A stretch of DNA of 64,000 nt from Bacteroidota bacterium. GTDB taxonomy: Bacteria; Bacteroidota; Bacteroidia; Flavobacteriales; Flavobacteriaceae. Positions 46,291 through 56,895 of the stretch are shown in pieces. How positions within the stretch are numbered: the first letter of the stretch is position 1; each line of letters begins with the position of its first letter. The stretch is taken from assembly GCA_023446155.1 (NCBI GenBank), contig JAEXIT010000005.1:24208-88207 (forward strand). The letters run 5' to 3'. The position numbers and the translations under genes are program-made. The notes beneath the pieces were generated by a model. That model saw nothing but the letters and a program-made list of their open reading frames with translations. It did not search any database and was not told the DNA's origin.

Positions 46291-47007
46291 CTAAGATGAA
46301 ATTCGCCTTATAATGGTATCGATGTTATCTTTATACGATTTGGAGAAAGGTATGGAAATTTCATTATTATTTAAATAACATTTCAATTTTCCCAAATGTA
46401 TACGGGAAACATAATTAATATTTACAATCGAACTGTTGTGTACCCTTAAAAAGTAGAAAGGAAGCAAACTTTCAAAATGTTTTAATGTTTTGTAAGCACT
46501 CACTTTCTGACCGGAGCTAAGGTAAATATCAGTGGTGTTATTGTCGGCTTTTAAATGGGTGATGTCTTTTAAATGCACAAACTGATAATCACCGTATGAT
46601 TTTACACAAATCGTTTCAGGTTCTTTAACCGGATTTTTTTTCTGAAAGCGAAGCAGGCACTTTCGTAACTCGCTCTGACTTAAAGGTTTTAAAAGGTAAT
46701 CCGAAACCCCTTTTTTAATAGCTTCAAACGCATGACTCTCATCCGAAGTAAGTACCACAAAATAGGGTAATTCTTCCAGAAATTCGTTTAGTTCGGATAA
46801 AATAGCGAACGATAAATCCGAATCCGGTTTTTTAGAAGCAATTTCAATGAACACCAGTTTTGGCTTTAACTCCAATATCCGGTTAATGGCTTCTTCTTTC
46901 GTCTTAATCACACCAAGACACAGAAAGTCTTCAAAATCTTCAAAAACTTCCAGAATGTTCTTGGCTACCTTCTCATCGTCATCGATTAGCAAAAACGGAT
47001 AATGCAC
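46291..47007 (-). CDS. LytR/AlgR family response regulator (atypical receiver)
   Basis: Probable GTG start at 47007; LLIDDD, DYLLKP, LytTR motifs KADNNTT, TLKHFE, FLRVHNSSIVN. Confidence 0.92.
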   Translation of the reverse strand: MHYPFLLIDDDEKVAKNILEVFEDFEDFLCLGVIKTKEEAINRILELKPKLVFIEIASKKPDSDLSFAILSELNEFLEELPYFVVLTSDESHAFEAIKKGVSDYLLKPLSQSELRKCLLRFQKKNPVKEPETICVKSYGDYQFVHLKDITHLKADNNTTDIYLSSGQKVSAYKTLKHFESLLPFYFLRVHNSSIVNINYVSRIHLGKLKCYLNNNEISIPFSKSYKDNIDTIIRRISS

Positions 47008-47102
47008 AACTTTAATTTTAGTGCAAGCTATTACTTTCTGCAGAAATTGTTTTACGGATATTCCGTACTTTTTCGTTAGATTTGTAATAGAAAAAAAATC
47101 GT

Positions 47103-47777
47103 ATGGCCAAAGAAAAAAATATTCTGTTAGTAGATGATCATCCAATGACACTGGACGGTTATATCAACCTGCTTTCCGAATTTAACACCGATGAGTTGAC
47201 ACTTAATTTTACAACCGCTCATAATTGTACCGCGGCCTATACGACCATTATGAACTTTTCCCGGTTAAAAAAGGATATCGACTTTGCCTATCTGGATATT
47301 AGTTTGCCACCTTATAAAGAAATGAATATCGAATCCGGAGTTGATCTGGCATTGTTGATTCGCGAGAAGTTTCCAAAGTGTAAAATCGCACTTTTGACAA
47401 TGCACAACGAACCGGTACTGATCGATAAAATTATGAATAAGGTCAATCCGGAAGCGTTTATCTCGAAATGTGATATCAACTTTGAAATGTTTCCGAACGT
47501 ATTCGAAAAAATCTACGGTGGTGAAACCTTTGCCAGTCATACAATTTCCAATGCACTGAAAGAACTGATGATGAAAAACATCAAATGGGATTCGATCGAC
47601 AGTCAGATTTTATTGTTGATTTCTCAGGGTGTTAAAACAGCCGATCTTCCAAATTATATTCCGTTGTCGATGAGTGCGCTGGAAAAACGAAAAGCCAATA
47701 TTAAAAGTCAGTTGCTGCGCTCCAAAGGCGGCGACAAAGAGTTGATCGAAGAAGCGAAAAAGATTGGACTGATTTAA
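47103..47777 (+). CDS. Response regulator with C-terminal NarL/LuxR-like HTH
   Basis: LLVDDHP, YLDISLP, LTMH; C-terminal LSMSALEKRKANIK. Confidence 0.9.
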   Translation: MAKEKNILLVDDHPMTLDGYINLLSEFNTDELTLNFTTAHNCTAAYTTIMNFSRLKKDIDFAYLDISLPPYKEMNIESGVDLALLIREKFPKCKIALLTMHNEPVLIDKIMNKVNPEAFISKCDINFEMFPNVFEKIYGGETFASHTISNALKELMMKNIKWDSIDSQILLLISQGVKTADLPNYIPLSMSALEKRKANIKSQLLRSKGGDKELIEEAKKIGLI

Positions 47778-47851
47778 ACAACTAAAAGATTCCGGACAAT
47801 ACATGAAAGTAAAGCTAGTTTTTACTACTTTAGTACAGAAATAAGTACCGT

Positions 47852-48556
47852 ATGATTAAAGTTGGCCTGCTATATCTCTTATTAATCCTTCCCGTTGGTC
47901 TTTGGGCGCAAACCGAAGAAATAGCAAAAAAAGAAGAAGAAAAGAAAGTTGTCGTAGTAGACTCGCTATACCGGGAGGATCAGTTTTATATCAGCATTGC
48001 TTATAACTTAGTGCGAAACAGTCCGCGTGGCTTTTCGCAAAACTCCTTTTCACTCGGTCTTAGTGCCGGGATTCTCCGCGATATTCCGCTTAATGATAAA
48101 CGTACCTTTGCGATAGCACCGGGTATTGGTTATTCGTTTAACAGTCTTCGTCAGAATATGAAAATTGAAGAAATAGACGGTATCGCCAATTATTCCATCA
48201 GTTCCGATTTCGAAAAAAATAAACTGGAAATGCATTATCTGGATATTCCAATCGAAGTGCGCTGGCGTACATCAACACCGGAAAGTCATAAATTCTGGAG
48301 AATCTACTCCGGATTTAAGTTCAGTTATCTGATGTATAGTAAATCGGTTTATACGGGAAGCACCGAAAAAATCAAAGTCTTTAATAATTCCGATCTGAAT
48401 AAATTCCAATACGGACCCTATGTCGGAATTGGGTATAATACCTTTAATGCCTATGCCTATTATGGATTAAACCCGTTGTTTAAATCGGGTGAGATCGATG
48501 GCGAAAGGATTAAAATGAATGTTTTTAGCTTTCTGGTGATCTTCTACATTTTATAA
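47852..48556 (+). CDS. Outer-membrane beta-barrel (porin/PorT-like family)
   Basis: Signal peptide, YREDQFY, LDIPIEVRWR, amphipathic strands. Confidence 0.8.
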   Translation: MIKVGLLYLLLILPVGLWAQTEEIAKKEEEKKVVVVDSLYREDQFYISIAYNLVRNSPRGFSQNSFSLGLSAGILRDIPLNDKRTFAIAPGIGYSFNSLRQNMKIEEIDGIANYSISSDFEKNKLEMHYLDIPIEVRWRTSTPESHKFWRIYSGFKFSYLMYSKSVYTGSTEKIKVFNNSDLNKFQYGPYVGIGYNTFNAYAYYGLNPLFKSGEIDGERIKMNVFSFLVIFYIL

Positions 48557-49165
48557 CCAGAAATACCACAATCCGATTTGCGGTAACGCACCAACCAATA
48601 TGCCGATGACAATCTCTTTCATCGAGTGGGCGTTCATATACAAACGGGACGACGCGACAATTCCAATGCTACATATCGAAAAAGCAATCAGGTTCACAAA
48701 CCGAATATGGTAATGCATGGAAATTCCGATGATAAAAAGGCTTATGCCAACAATGCCTACCATATGCAAACTGGCCTTAAAGTGAAATAGCAGTAGGACC
48801 AAAGCAATAATCGAGCTGATCAAAGCACCCAAAAAGAAAAAATACAACTCCGGAATCGGTAGCATTGTTAGGGAATGCTCGATCAATACCAGGAAAAACA
48901 TCGCCTGAAAAGCCAATGGTAATCGCCGTTCTTTTTTCTCCGATAACATGATGCCCGAACGAATCAGACCGAGTGATTTTAATAAAAAATAAGTCGACAC
49001 CGGTAAAAATAACGTCAGAATAACCGCTTGAAACAGAATCAGATAGATTTCATGCGGATAAAAATAATTCCGGGTTACGAAAAAATAAAACAGCGTGGCA
49101 TAAACCGAAATGAACAGCGGATGGAACAAATAAGAAAATAACGGGAAGATCTTTTTGAAATCCAT
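48551..49165 (-). CDS. Conserved membrane protein (PAP2-like C-terminus)
   Basis: KASLHM and SSRLYMNAH motifs; several TM segments. Confidence 0.75.
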   Translation of the reverse strand: MDFKKIFPLFSYLFHPLFISVYATLFYFFVTRNYFYPHEIYLILFQAVILTLFLPVSTYFLLKSLGLIRSGIMLSEKKERRLPLAFQAMFFLVLIEHSLTMLPIPELYFFFLGALISSIIALVLLLFHFKASLHMVGIVGISLFIIGISMHYHIRFVNLIAFSICSIGIVASSRLYMNAHSMKEIVIGILVGALPQIGLWYFWL

Positions 49166-49191
49166 TGAAATGATGGGTTTAAGTCGGGCAA

Positions 49192-50655
49192 TTATATTTT
49201 TTTTCGCATACGTGCCACCGGAATATCCAGCTGTTCACGGTATTTGGCGATCGTTCTTCGGGCAATCGGATAGCCTTTTTCTTTTAAGATATCGGCTAGT
49301 TTATCGTCGGGAAGCGGCTTACTTTTGTCTTCCTCTTCGATTACATTCTGTAAAATCTTTTTAATCTCGATGGTCGAAACATCTTCCCCCTGATCGTTTT
49401 TCATGGCTTCCGAAAAGAATTCCTTGATCAGTTTTGTGCCGTAGGGGGTTTCTACATATTTACTGTTGGCTACTCGGGAAACCGTCGAAATATCCAAACC
49501 AACCATATCGGCGATGTCTTTCAGGATCATCGGTTTTAGTTTGGTTTCGTCGCCGTCAAGGAAATATTCCTGCTGGTAATGCATAATCGCGTTCATCGTT
49601 ACAAATAAAGTCTCGTTACGCTGTTTGATTGCATCGATAAACCATTTGGCGGAATCCAGTTTTTGCTTGATAAACTGCACCGCATCTTTCTGGGAGTTCG
49701 ATTTCTCGCGCGATTCCTTATAGGTTTGCAGCATTTCCTGATAATCTTTGGAAACGTGTAATTCTGGTGCATTTCTCCCGTTTAGGGAAAGCTCCAGTTC
49801 GCCGTCGATCAGACGGATCGAAAAATCCGGAACGACATGCTCTACCGTGCGGGAATTGGTGTCGAACGAACCACCCGGTTTTGGGTTTAGTTTTTCGATT
49901 TCGTCAATCGCCTTGCGAAGTTGTTCCTGCGAGATATCGTATTTCTGAAGTAATTTGTCGTAATGTTTTTTGGTAAATGCATCAAACTGGTTTTCGAGTA
50001 TGTCGATCGCAAGTTCGATGGCTTCGGTTGGCGTTTTATGACGAAGTTGTAACAACAAACACTCCTGTAGGTCGCGTGCGCCAACACCCGACGGTTCCAA
50101 TTCGTGGATGATATTTAGAATGCGCTCCACATTTTGTTCGTCGGTATAAATGCCCTGTGTAAAAGCCATATCGTCTACAATATCCTGAATGTCACGACGG
50201 ATATAACCCATATCGTCAATACTTCCAACTAAAAATTCGGCGATTTCGCGCTCACTGTCGGAAAGGATAAACGTATTTAATTGATTAATCAAATCCTGAT
50301 GAAAACTTACCGGAGCGGCAAACGGCAGACTGCGGTCTTCGTCGTCGTCACTGTAATTATTGGCTTGTAACTTATAATCGGGCGTTTCATCGTTACTCAA
50401 ATACTCGTCGATATTGATTTCGTCGGCATCAATGCGTTCGTTGTCAAAATCGTCGTATTCATCATAGCTATCGTCTTCATAATCATCATGTTCCATAGCG
50501 TCCTCTTTTCCGGTTTCCAAAGCCGGATTTTCCACTAGTTCTTCTTTAAGCCGTTGTTCGAAAGCCTGCGTAGGCAATTGAATCAACTTCATTAGTTGAA
50601 TTTGCTGAGGGGATAACTTTTGCGATAATTTGAGCTGTAAATGTTGTTTAAGCAT
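49192..50655 (-). CDS. rpoN: RNA polymerase sigma-54 factor
   Basis: Gln/Leu-rich region I, ISTVSR HTH, RpoN box ARRTIAKYRE. Confidence 0.98.
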   Translation of the reverse strand: MLKQHLQLKLSQKLSPQQIQLMKLIQLPTQAFEQRLKEELVENPALETGKEDAMEHDDYEDDSYDEYDDFDNERIDADEINIDEYLSNDETPDYKLQANNYSDDDEDRSLPFAAPVSFHQDLINQLNTFILSDSEREIAEFLVGSIDDMGYIRRDIQDIVDDMAFTQGIYTDEQNVERILNIIHELEPSGVGARDLQECLLLQLRHKTPTEAIELAIDILENQFDAFTKKHYDKLLQKYDISQEQLRKAIDEIEKLNPKPGGSFDTNSRTVEHVVPDFSIRLIDGELELSLNGRNAPELHVSKDYQEMLQTYKESREKSNSQKDAVQFIKQKLDSAKWFIDAIKQRNETLFVTMNAIMHYQQEYFLDGDETKLKPMILKDIADMVGLDISTVSRVANSKYVETPYGTKLIKEFFSEAMKNDQGEDVSTIEIKKILQNVIEEEDKSKPLPDDKLADILKEKGYPIARRTIAKYREQLDIPVARMRKKI

Positions 50656-50850
50656 TTTTGTATTGTGTATTCGGTTTTTGGGTTAATCCAGCGCTGTAGG
50701 ATACAGCCATAATAAAGTAACCTTTGCCAAATTATTATTTTCAAAAATAAAAAAAATTCGGCAAAGGTTAGTATAACTTTAGCAGGTACTGTGATGCGAA
50801 ACCGAAATTAACACATTTTCAGACTGACCTGACTTGTAAATAATTCAGAA

Positions 50851-52284
50851 TTAGAACTCGGCGTTTTGCGGTGTTCTTGGGAAAGGAATTACGTCGCGGA
50901 TGTTTGACATACCGGTTACGAACAATACCAATCTTTCGAATCCAAGTCCGAAACCACTGTGAACAGCTGTTCCGAAGCGACGGGTATCCAAATACCACCA
51001 CAATTCTTTTTCATCAATACCAAGATCGGCGATCTTTTGTAATAATACATCCAAACGCTCTTCCCGTTGTGAACCACCTACGATTTCTCCAATTCCAGGG
51101 AACAGGATATCCATAGCGCGAACCGTTTTTCCGTCTTCGTTCAAACGCATATAGAACGCTTTGATCTTAGCCGGATAATCGAATAAAATTACCGGACATT
51201 TAAAGTGTTTCTCTACAAGGTAACGCTCGTGCTCACTTTGTAAATCGGCACCCCATTCGTCGATGATATAGTTGAATTTTTTGTTCTTATTTGGTTTGGA
51301 ACTTTTTAGAATGTCAATCGCTTCGGTATAGCTTACGCGTTTGAAGTTGTTGTCCATTACAAAGCTTAATTTTTCCAATAACGACATTTCGCTTCTTTCG
51401 GCTTGCGGTTTTGATTTTTCCTCGTCCAACAAACGTTGTTCCAGGAATTTTAAATCGTCACCACATTTATCCACCGTGTATTTGATCACATATTTAATGA
51501 AATCTTCGGCCAAATCCATGTTGTCTGCCAGGTTGTTAAACGCTACTTCCGGTTCGATCATCCAGAACTCAGCCAAGTGGCGTGATGTATTCGAGTTTTC
51601 CGCTCTGAACGTTGGTCCGAAAGTATAAATCTGACCCAATGCCATGGCGTAGGTTTCGCCTTCCAACTGACCGGATACGGTTAGGTTGGTCTCTTTTCCG
51701 AAGAAATCTTCTTTAAAGTTCACCTGTCCGTCTTCTGTTCGTGGCGTACCATCAAAAGGTAACGCAGTAACGCGGAACATTTCTCCGGCACCTTCAGCAT
51801 CCGATCCGGTGATGATAGGCGTGTTTACATAGAAAAAACCTTTTTCCTGAAAATATTGATGAACGGCAAACGATAAAGTCGAACGTACGCGCATAATCGC
51901 CCCGAAAGCATTGGTTCGGATTCGTAAATGTGCATTTTCACGTAAAAACTCCAACGAGTGTTTTTTAGGTTGCATCGGATATTTTTCAGGATCGGAATCA
52001 CCCAGGATTTCCAGTTTGGTTACCTGAATTTCTACCGACTGTCCAGCGCCCTGACTTTCAACCAAGGTACCGGTAAGGCTCACCGCTGCACCAGTAGTGA
52101 TTCGTTTTAGGATTTCATCCGGAGTATTTTCAAAATCAACAACACACTGAATATTATTTATCGTAGAACCGTCATTCAACGCGATAAACTGATTATTTCT
52201 AAATGTTCTTACCCAACCTTTTGCTTTTACTTCATGCAATGTCTTCGTACCGTTTAGCAGGTCCTTAACTTTAGTGTGCTTCAT
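50851..52284 (-). CDS. asnS: Asparagine--tRNA ligase
   Basis: [36 protein letters not shown]. Confidence 0.98.
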   Translation of the reverse strand: MKHTKVKDLLNGTKTLHEVKAKGWVRTFRNNQFIALNDGSTINNIQCVVDFENTPDEILKRITTGAAVSLTGTLVESQGAGQSVEIQVTKLEILGDSDPEKYPMQPKKHSLEFLRENAHLRIRTNAFGAIMRVRSTLSFAVHQYFQEKGFFYVNTPIITGSDAEGAGEMFRVTALPFDGTPRTEDGQVNFKEDFFGKETNLTVSGQLEGETYAMALGQIYTFGPTFRAENSNTSRHLAEFWMIEPEVAFNNLADNMDLAEDFIKYVIKYTVDKCGDDLKFLEQRLLDEEKSKPQAERSEMSLLEKLSFVMDNNFKRVSYTEAIDILKSSKPNKNKKFNYIIDEWGADLQSEHERYLVEKHFKCPVILFDYPAKIKAFYMRLNEDGKTVRAMDILFPGIGEIVGGSQREERLDVLLQKIADLGIDEKELWWYLDTRRFGTAVHSGFGLGFERLVLFVTGMSNIRDVIPFPRTPQNAEF

Positions 52285-52336
52285 TGTAATGATTTTTATA
52301 TTGATTTTTAAGTGAAAAAAAAATTTGCAATGCCCG

Positions 52337-52344
52337 CAAAGGTA
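52337..52344 (-). promoter_or_regulatory. -7 promoter element for asnS
   Basis: TACCTTTG on the minus strand. Confidence 0.55.
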
Positions 52345-52417
52345 ATAAAAAGCCTGTCAAAAAGATAGCTTCTTATTTTAATTTAAAATGAAAATAGGTT
52401 TGCAAATCTGTTCTAAT

Positions 52418-52440
52418 AAAAAATCCGCTGTGTAGCGGAT
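52418..52440 (-). terminator. Terminator after frr
   Basis: ATCCGCT-loop-AGCGGAT with a minus-strand T-run. Confidence 0.7.
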
Positions 52441-52447
52441 CTTTTAC

Positions 52448-53011
52448 TTATACTTTCATGATTTCGGCTTCTTTTGCAACCAAAGCCTCGTCAATTTTTT
52501 TAATGTAAATGTCCGTTAATTTCTGAACGTCTTCCTCGGCACTTTTACAGATATCCTCGGATGTTCCGTCTTTTTCTAATTTTTTGATATCGGTATTCGC
52601 CTCTTTACGGGAATTTCGGATACTGATTTTGGCATCTTCTGCTTCCGCTTTGGCTTGTTTTACCAGGTCACGACGACGCTCTTCGGTTAATGCCGGAACA
52701 CTGATGATGATATTATCACCATTATTCATCGGGTTAAAACCAAGATTGGCAATCATAATCGCTTTTTCGATAGGCTGTAACATGTTTTTCTCCCATGGCG
52801 TAACGGTAATCGTACGCGCATCCGGTGTATTTACATTGGCAACCTGCGAAAGTGGCGTTTGAGATCCGTAATAATCCACAAAAACACCACCCAACATCTG
52901 AGGGGTTGCTTTTCCGGCACGGATGTTCAGGAATGCTTTTTCAAGGTGATCCATAGAACCGTTCATCGATTCTTTGGTGCTATCTAAAATAAAATTAATT
53001 TCTTCGGTCAT
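52448..53011 (-). CDS. frr: Ribosome recycling factor
   Basis: IRAGKA, VDYYGS, LTEERRRDLVK. Confidence 0.97.
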   Translation of the reverse strand: MTEEINFILDSTKESMNGSMDHLEKAFLNIRAGKATPQMLGGVFVDYYGSQTPLSQVANVNTPDARTITVTPWEKNMLQPIEKAIMIANLGFNPMNNGDNIIISVPALTEERRRDLVKQAKAEAEDAKISIRNSRKEANTDIKKLEKDGTSEDICKSAEEDVQKLTDIYIKKIDEALVAKEAEIMKV

Positions 53012-53035
53012 GATACTAATTTTTATAATTCAAAA

Positions 53036-53743
53036 TTAAATATTTACTGTTGTTCCAACAGTTTCTCCTTCACAAACTTTTAATAAATTGCCTTCTTTGT
53101 TCATGTCGAAAACGATAATTGGTAATTCGTTTTCCTGACTCAACGTAAAGGCAGTGGTGTCCATTACATTCAATCCTTTTTTCAATACGTCGTCAAAAGT
53201 GATGTGATCGAATTTTACTGCATTGGCATCTTTTTCCGGATCGGCAGTGTACACACCGTCAACACGGGTACCTTTTAAGATCACATCGGCATTGATTTCC
53301 ACACCTCTTAAAACAGCTGCGGTATCGGTTGTAAAATACGGGTTACCGGTTCCGGCACCGAAGATTACGATTCTTCCTTTTTCCAGATGACGTACGGCTC
53401 TTCTTTTGATATACGGTTCGGCAATAGCCTCAATTTTCAAAGCAGTTTGTAAACGGGTTTGCATTCCGGCTTCTTCCAAAGCACCCTGCAAGGCCATTCC
53501 GTTGATCACGGTAGCCAACATTCCCATATAATCCCCCTGAACTCTGTCCATTCCGTTACTGGCTCCGGCTACACCTCTGAAAATATTTCCACCTCCGATT
53601 ACAATAGCGATTTCGACACCTTTGTCATGGATTTGTTTGATTTCAGCAGCATATTCGGCCAACCTTTTCGGATCAATACCATATTGGCGTTCTCCCATTA
53701 AAGCTTCACCACTTAGTTTCAAAAGAATTCTTTTGTATTTCAT
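53036..53743 (-). CDS. pyrH: UMP kinase
   Basis: [33 protein letters not shown] promoter element at 53765-53772. Confidence 0.98.
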   Translation of the reverse strand: MKYKRILLKLSGEALMGERQYGIDPKRLAEYAAEIKQIHDKGVEIAIVIGGGNIFRGVAGASNGMDRVQGDYMGMLATVINGMALQGALEEAGMQTRLQTALKIEAIAEPYIKRRAVRHLEKGRIVIFGAGTGNPYFTTDTAAVLRGVEINADVILKGTRVDGVYTADPEKDANAVKFDHITFDDVLKKGLNVMDTTAFTLSQENELPIIVFDMNKEGNLLKVCEGETVGTTVNI

Positions 53744-53852
53744 TGCAAGTTTTGTTTAGTGGTGCAAATATAGTTATTATCTGTTTTTTTAAAACGATGT
53801 CCGTAAATATTTCTTAAACAAGCCGGGAGCGCCGAAAAAACAGGAACGGATC

Positions 53853-54632
53853 TTATAGTTTTAATTCGAGGTACGATTTTTTTGCCGCTTCATATCCAAT
53901 GTTAAAAATTGCTTCCATCCGCATTTTATTGGTTTCGAAAGTGCTGAAAATAGAGAGTTCCTCCGGTTCGATCACCCAATCGCAGTTGTTGAATTTCTGC
54001 ATATTCGAATTGGCCGAAAGCAGATCGAAGGCACGGGTAGTTACCGCTTTTATCGACGACAGGTCTTTGGCTTCGATTTTCTGAATCGGACTCACATAAA
54101 CACCAATAAGAGTGTCGCAACGACCTTGCAGTACATCGGTTGGGAAATGATTCAGAATACCGCCGTCGCTGTAAATACTGCCTTTGATTTCGTAGGGCGA
54201 CATCACACCGGGAAACGAGGAGGAGGCAAGAATCGCATCGACAATTTTGGTATCGGGGCTAAAAATTTTTAGTTTCCCTTTTACCATATCGGTGGCTGTA
54301 ATATGGGTTTGGATTTTTAAATCGCCTAAAGTAGCGTCCTCAAAAATGGAGCTAAAATATTTTTTAAACGATTCCGAATCGATTAGTCCGGCTTTTTTTA
54401 GGGTAAAGTGTTTCCAGTGGAAAAAATAAATCGACTTAAAAAATTCCAAAATCTCCTCGGGCGACTTGCCCCAGGCGTATAAAGTTCCGATAATCGAACC
54501 GGCACTGGTTCCGGCAATATGAATGGGACGTATGTTTTTTTCTTCTAAAAATTTTATAACACCGGCATGAGCGAGTCCTTTGGTTCCACCGCCGGAAAGG
54601 ATCAGTCCGATTGACTTCGTTTGTAAATCCAT
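53853..54632 (-). CDS. Patatin-like phospholipase
   Basis: LSGGG, GTSAG, DGG motifs. Confidence 0.93.
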   Translation of the reverse strand: MDLQTKSIGLILSGGGTKGLAHAGVIKFLEEKNIRPIHIAGTSAGSIIGTLYAWGKSPEEILEFFKSIYFFHWKHFTLKKAGLIDSESFKKYFSSIFEDATLGDLKIQTHITATDMVKGKLKIFSPDTKIVDAILASSSFPGVMSPYEIKGSIYSDGGILNHFPTDVLQGRCDTLIGVYVSPIQKIEAKDLSSIKAVTTRAFDLLSANSNMQKFNNCDWVIEPEELSIFSTFETNKMRMEAIFNIGYEAAKKSYLELKL

Positions 54633-54742
54633 CTTTGTTGTAAAAAGATAAAGTTACACTTTTTGTCCATTGGATTGTTACTTTTGTTACTTTTTAATGT
54701 GGCTATTTGCGCTAACTTTGTACCGCATAATAAACAAATGAG

Positions 54743-55342
54743 ATGGAAGCATATATTGAAGAGAGCCTGAAAAGAAGTTATTCGTATCAGGAATATAGAG
54801 ATTTGGTAACGAAATTGCTAAAAGAAGGAAAGTCGACCGGAGCGGAACAATCGGATGATTTATGGCATTATAGTGAATTAAATGAAGCCCGAATGAACCG
54901 TTTGGAGAAAACGATATCGGTTCCGAATGTGATAGGTGAAGGACTAAAAAATATCGAAAAAAAATACATCTGGCTGGTACTTTCGGAAGGTTGGTGTGGT
55001 GATGCGGCGCAGATTGTGCCGGTATTGCATAAAATGGAATTGCTGGCGCCGAATATTGAAATGAAATTGGTATTCCGCGATGAAAACGACGAATTGATGC
55101 AGAAATTCCTGACCAACGGTGGAAAAGCGATTCCGAAATTAATCGTTCTGGATGCGGAAACATTTGAAGTGAAAGCCGATTGGGGCCCGCGTCCGCAGGG
55201 CGCGAAACAGTTGATACTGGATTATAAAGCGCAGCACGGTGTGGTGGATGAAACGGCCAAAACCGATTTGCAAAAATGGTATTTAAAAGACAAAGGATTG
55301 TCGACACAAAAAGAATTACTCGACCTGATGCAAGGTTTGTAA
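54743..55342 (+). CDS. Thioredoxin-family protein (WCGD type)
   Basis: SEGWCGDA, AIPKLI, WGPRP; TAACTTTG promoter element at 54713-54720. Confidence 0.88.
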   Translation: MEAYIEESLKRSYSYQEYRDLVTKLLKEGKSTGAEQSDDLWHYSELNEARMNRLEKTISVPNVIGEGLKNIEKKYIWLVLSEGWCGDAAQIVPVLHKMELLAPNIEMKLVFRDENDELMQKFLTNGGKAIPKLIVLDAETFEVKADWGPRPQGAKQLILDYKAQHGVVDETAKTDLQKWYLKDKGLSTQKELLDLMQGL

Positions 55343-55346
55343 TAAC

Positions 55347-55376
55347 AAAAAAGGTACTCCGCGGAGTACCTTTTTT
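55347..55376. terminator. Bidirectional terminator
   Basis: Perfect 30-bp palindrome AAAAAAGGTACTCCGCGGAGTACCTTTTTT between convergent genes. Confidence 0.88.
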
Positions 55377-56077
55377 TATTGTGGTGTAACCGACTCTTCA
55401 AAATCGGTCACGATCATAGCGTTTTCAACGGAGTAATCTCCAATTTTGGTGCGTCGTAACGCGGTTAAGTGCGCTCCGGATTCTAAAGCGATTCCATAGT
55501 CGTACGCCAGCGAACGGATATAAGTTCCTTTGCTGCAAACCACTCGGAAATCCACTTCGGGAAGTGCAATACGGGTAATTTCAAATTCATGGATTACCGT
55601 TTTTCGAGCGGCAATTTCAACTTCTTCGCCTTTTCGGGCGTGTTCGTACAACCGCTTCCCATCTTTTTTAATGGCTGAAAAGACCGGTGGTTTCTGGTCG
55701 ATTTCGCCTAAAAATTGAGCGATGGTTTTATATAATAATTCCTCCGTGATATGCTCGGTAGGGAAGGTCGCGTCGATTTCGGTTTCCAAATCATAAGATG
55801 GCGTGGTAGCGCCAATATGAAAAGTCCCGGTGTATTCTTTGATCATTCCTTGTAATTCCGGAATGCGTTTGGTGAATTTACCGGTACATACAATGAGTAA
55901 TCCCGTGGCTAACGGATCGAGTGTTCCGGCATGACCTACCTTGATTTTTTTTAAATCCAAGTGTTTTTTTAGCGACCATTTAATCTTGTTTACAGCCTGA
56001 AAAGACGACCATTGTAATGGTTTGTCAATCAGGAGAACCTGGCCTTCCTGGTATTGTTCTGCGGTTAAAGGTGCCAT
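55376..56077 (-). CDS. truB: tRNA pseudouridine(55) synthase
   Basis: KVGHAGTLDPLATG, CSKGTYIRSL. Confidence 0.97.
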   Translation of the reverse strand: MAPLTAEQYQEGQVLLIDKPLQWSSFQAVNKIKWSLKKHLDLKKIKVGHAGTLDPLATGLLIVCTGKFTKRIPELQGMIKEYTGTFHIGATTPSYDLETEIDATFPTEHITEELLYKTIAQFLGEIDQKPPVFSAIKKDGKRLYEHARKGEEVEIAARKTVIHEFEITRIALPEVDFRVVCSKGTYIRSLAYDYGIALESGAHLTALRRTKIGDYSVENAMIVTDFEESVTPQ

Positions 56078-56895
56078 TATTTAGTGGAATAAAAATAAAT
56101 TAATAAGCCAATTCCAACTACAATTCGGTACCAGCCCCAAAATTTAAAACCGTATTTGGTAAGTACATTGATAAACGTTTTTACAGCAACCAAAGCGACA
56201 ATAAAAGCCACTACATTTCCGATAATAAAAAAAGTAATGTGGTCCTGATCCTGTAAGATCATTTCGTAGCCTTTCATTTCGGTGGCGGTTCCTTTTCCCC
56301 AGGTTTTTACAAAAATGGAGTAAACCGTCACGGCCAACATGGTTGGAACGGCCAAAAAGAACGAAAACTCAGCGGCAGCTTTTCGGCTTAAACCTTGTGC
56401 CATTCCGCCAATGATTGAGGCGGCCGAACGCGAGGTTCCGGGCATCATGGCTAAACATTGCCAAAAACCAATCGCAATACCATTTTTAATGGTGATCTCT
56501 TTTTCGTCGAGTATGGTTGGATTTTTAAACCATTTGTCGGCAAACAATAATACGATTCCACCAACGACCAAAACAGACGATATGGCGATCTGATTGCCTA
56601 AAACGGCTTCGATTTTATCATCAAAAAAATACCCCAAAACCAGCGCCGGAATTACGGCAAAGCCTAGTTTAAAATAGAAATTAAGATTGGTAAAATCGAA
56701 AAACTTCTTCCAGTATAAAACCACAATGGAAAGAATGGCGCCAAACTGAATGGACACCTGAAACATCTTTAAAAATTCCGATTCTTCCATCCCTAATAAC
56801 GCGGCTGTAAAGCCCATATGTGCGGTAGATGAAATCGGGAGGTATTCGGTTAGTCCTTCGACTATGGCAATGATAAGTGCTTGTAATAAATCCAT
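56077..56895 (-). CDS. uppP: Undecaprenyl-diphosphate phosphatase
   Basis: EGLTEYLPISSTAH, PGTSRS. Confidence 0.96.
   Translation of the reverse strand: MDLLQALIIAIVEGLTEYLPISSTAHMGFTAALLGMEESEFLKMFQVSIQFGAILSIVVLYWKKFFDFTNLNFYFKLGFAVIPALVLGYFFDDKIEAVLGNQIAISSVLVVGGIVLLFADKWFKNPTILDEKEITIKNGIAIGFWQCLAMMPGTSRSAASIIGGMAQGLSRKAAAEFSFFLAVPTMLAVTVYSIFVKTWGKGTATEMKGYEMILQDQDHITFFIIGNVVAFIVALVAVKTFINVLTKYGFKFWGWYRIVVGIGLLIYFYSTK

Noticed and set aside
47008..47151. N-terminal extension of the LytTR ORF overlapping the divergent regulator
   Set aside because: The receiver domain begins at the GTG at 47007; the extension is an ORF-calling artefact.
54687..55307. 206-aa antisense ORF
   Set aside because: It lies opposite a well-supported thioredoxin-family gene and has no recognisable motifs.
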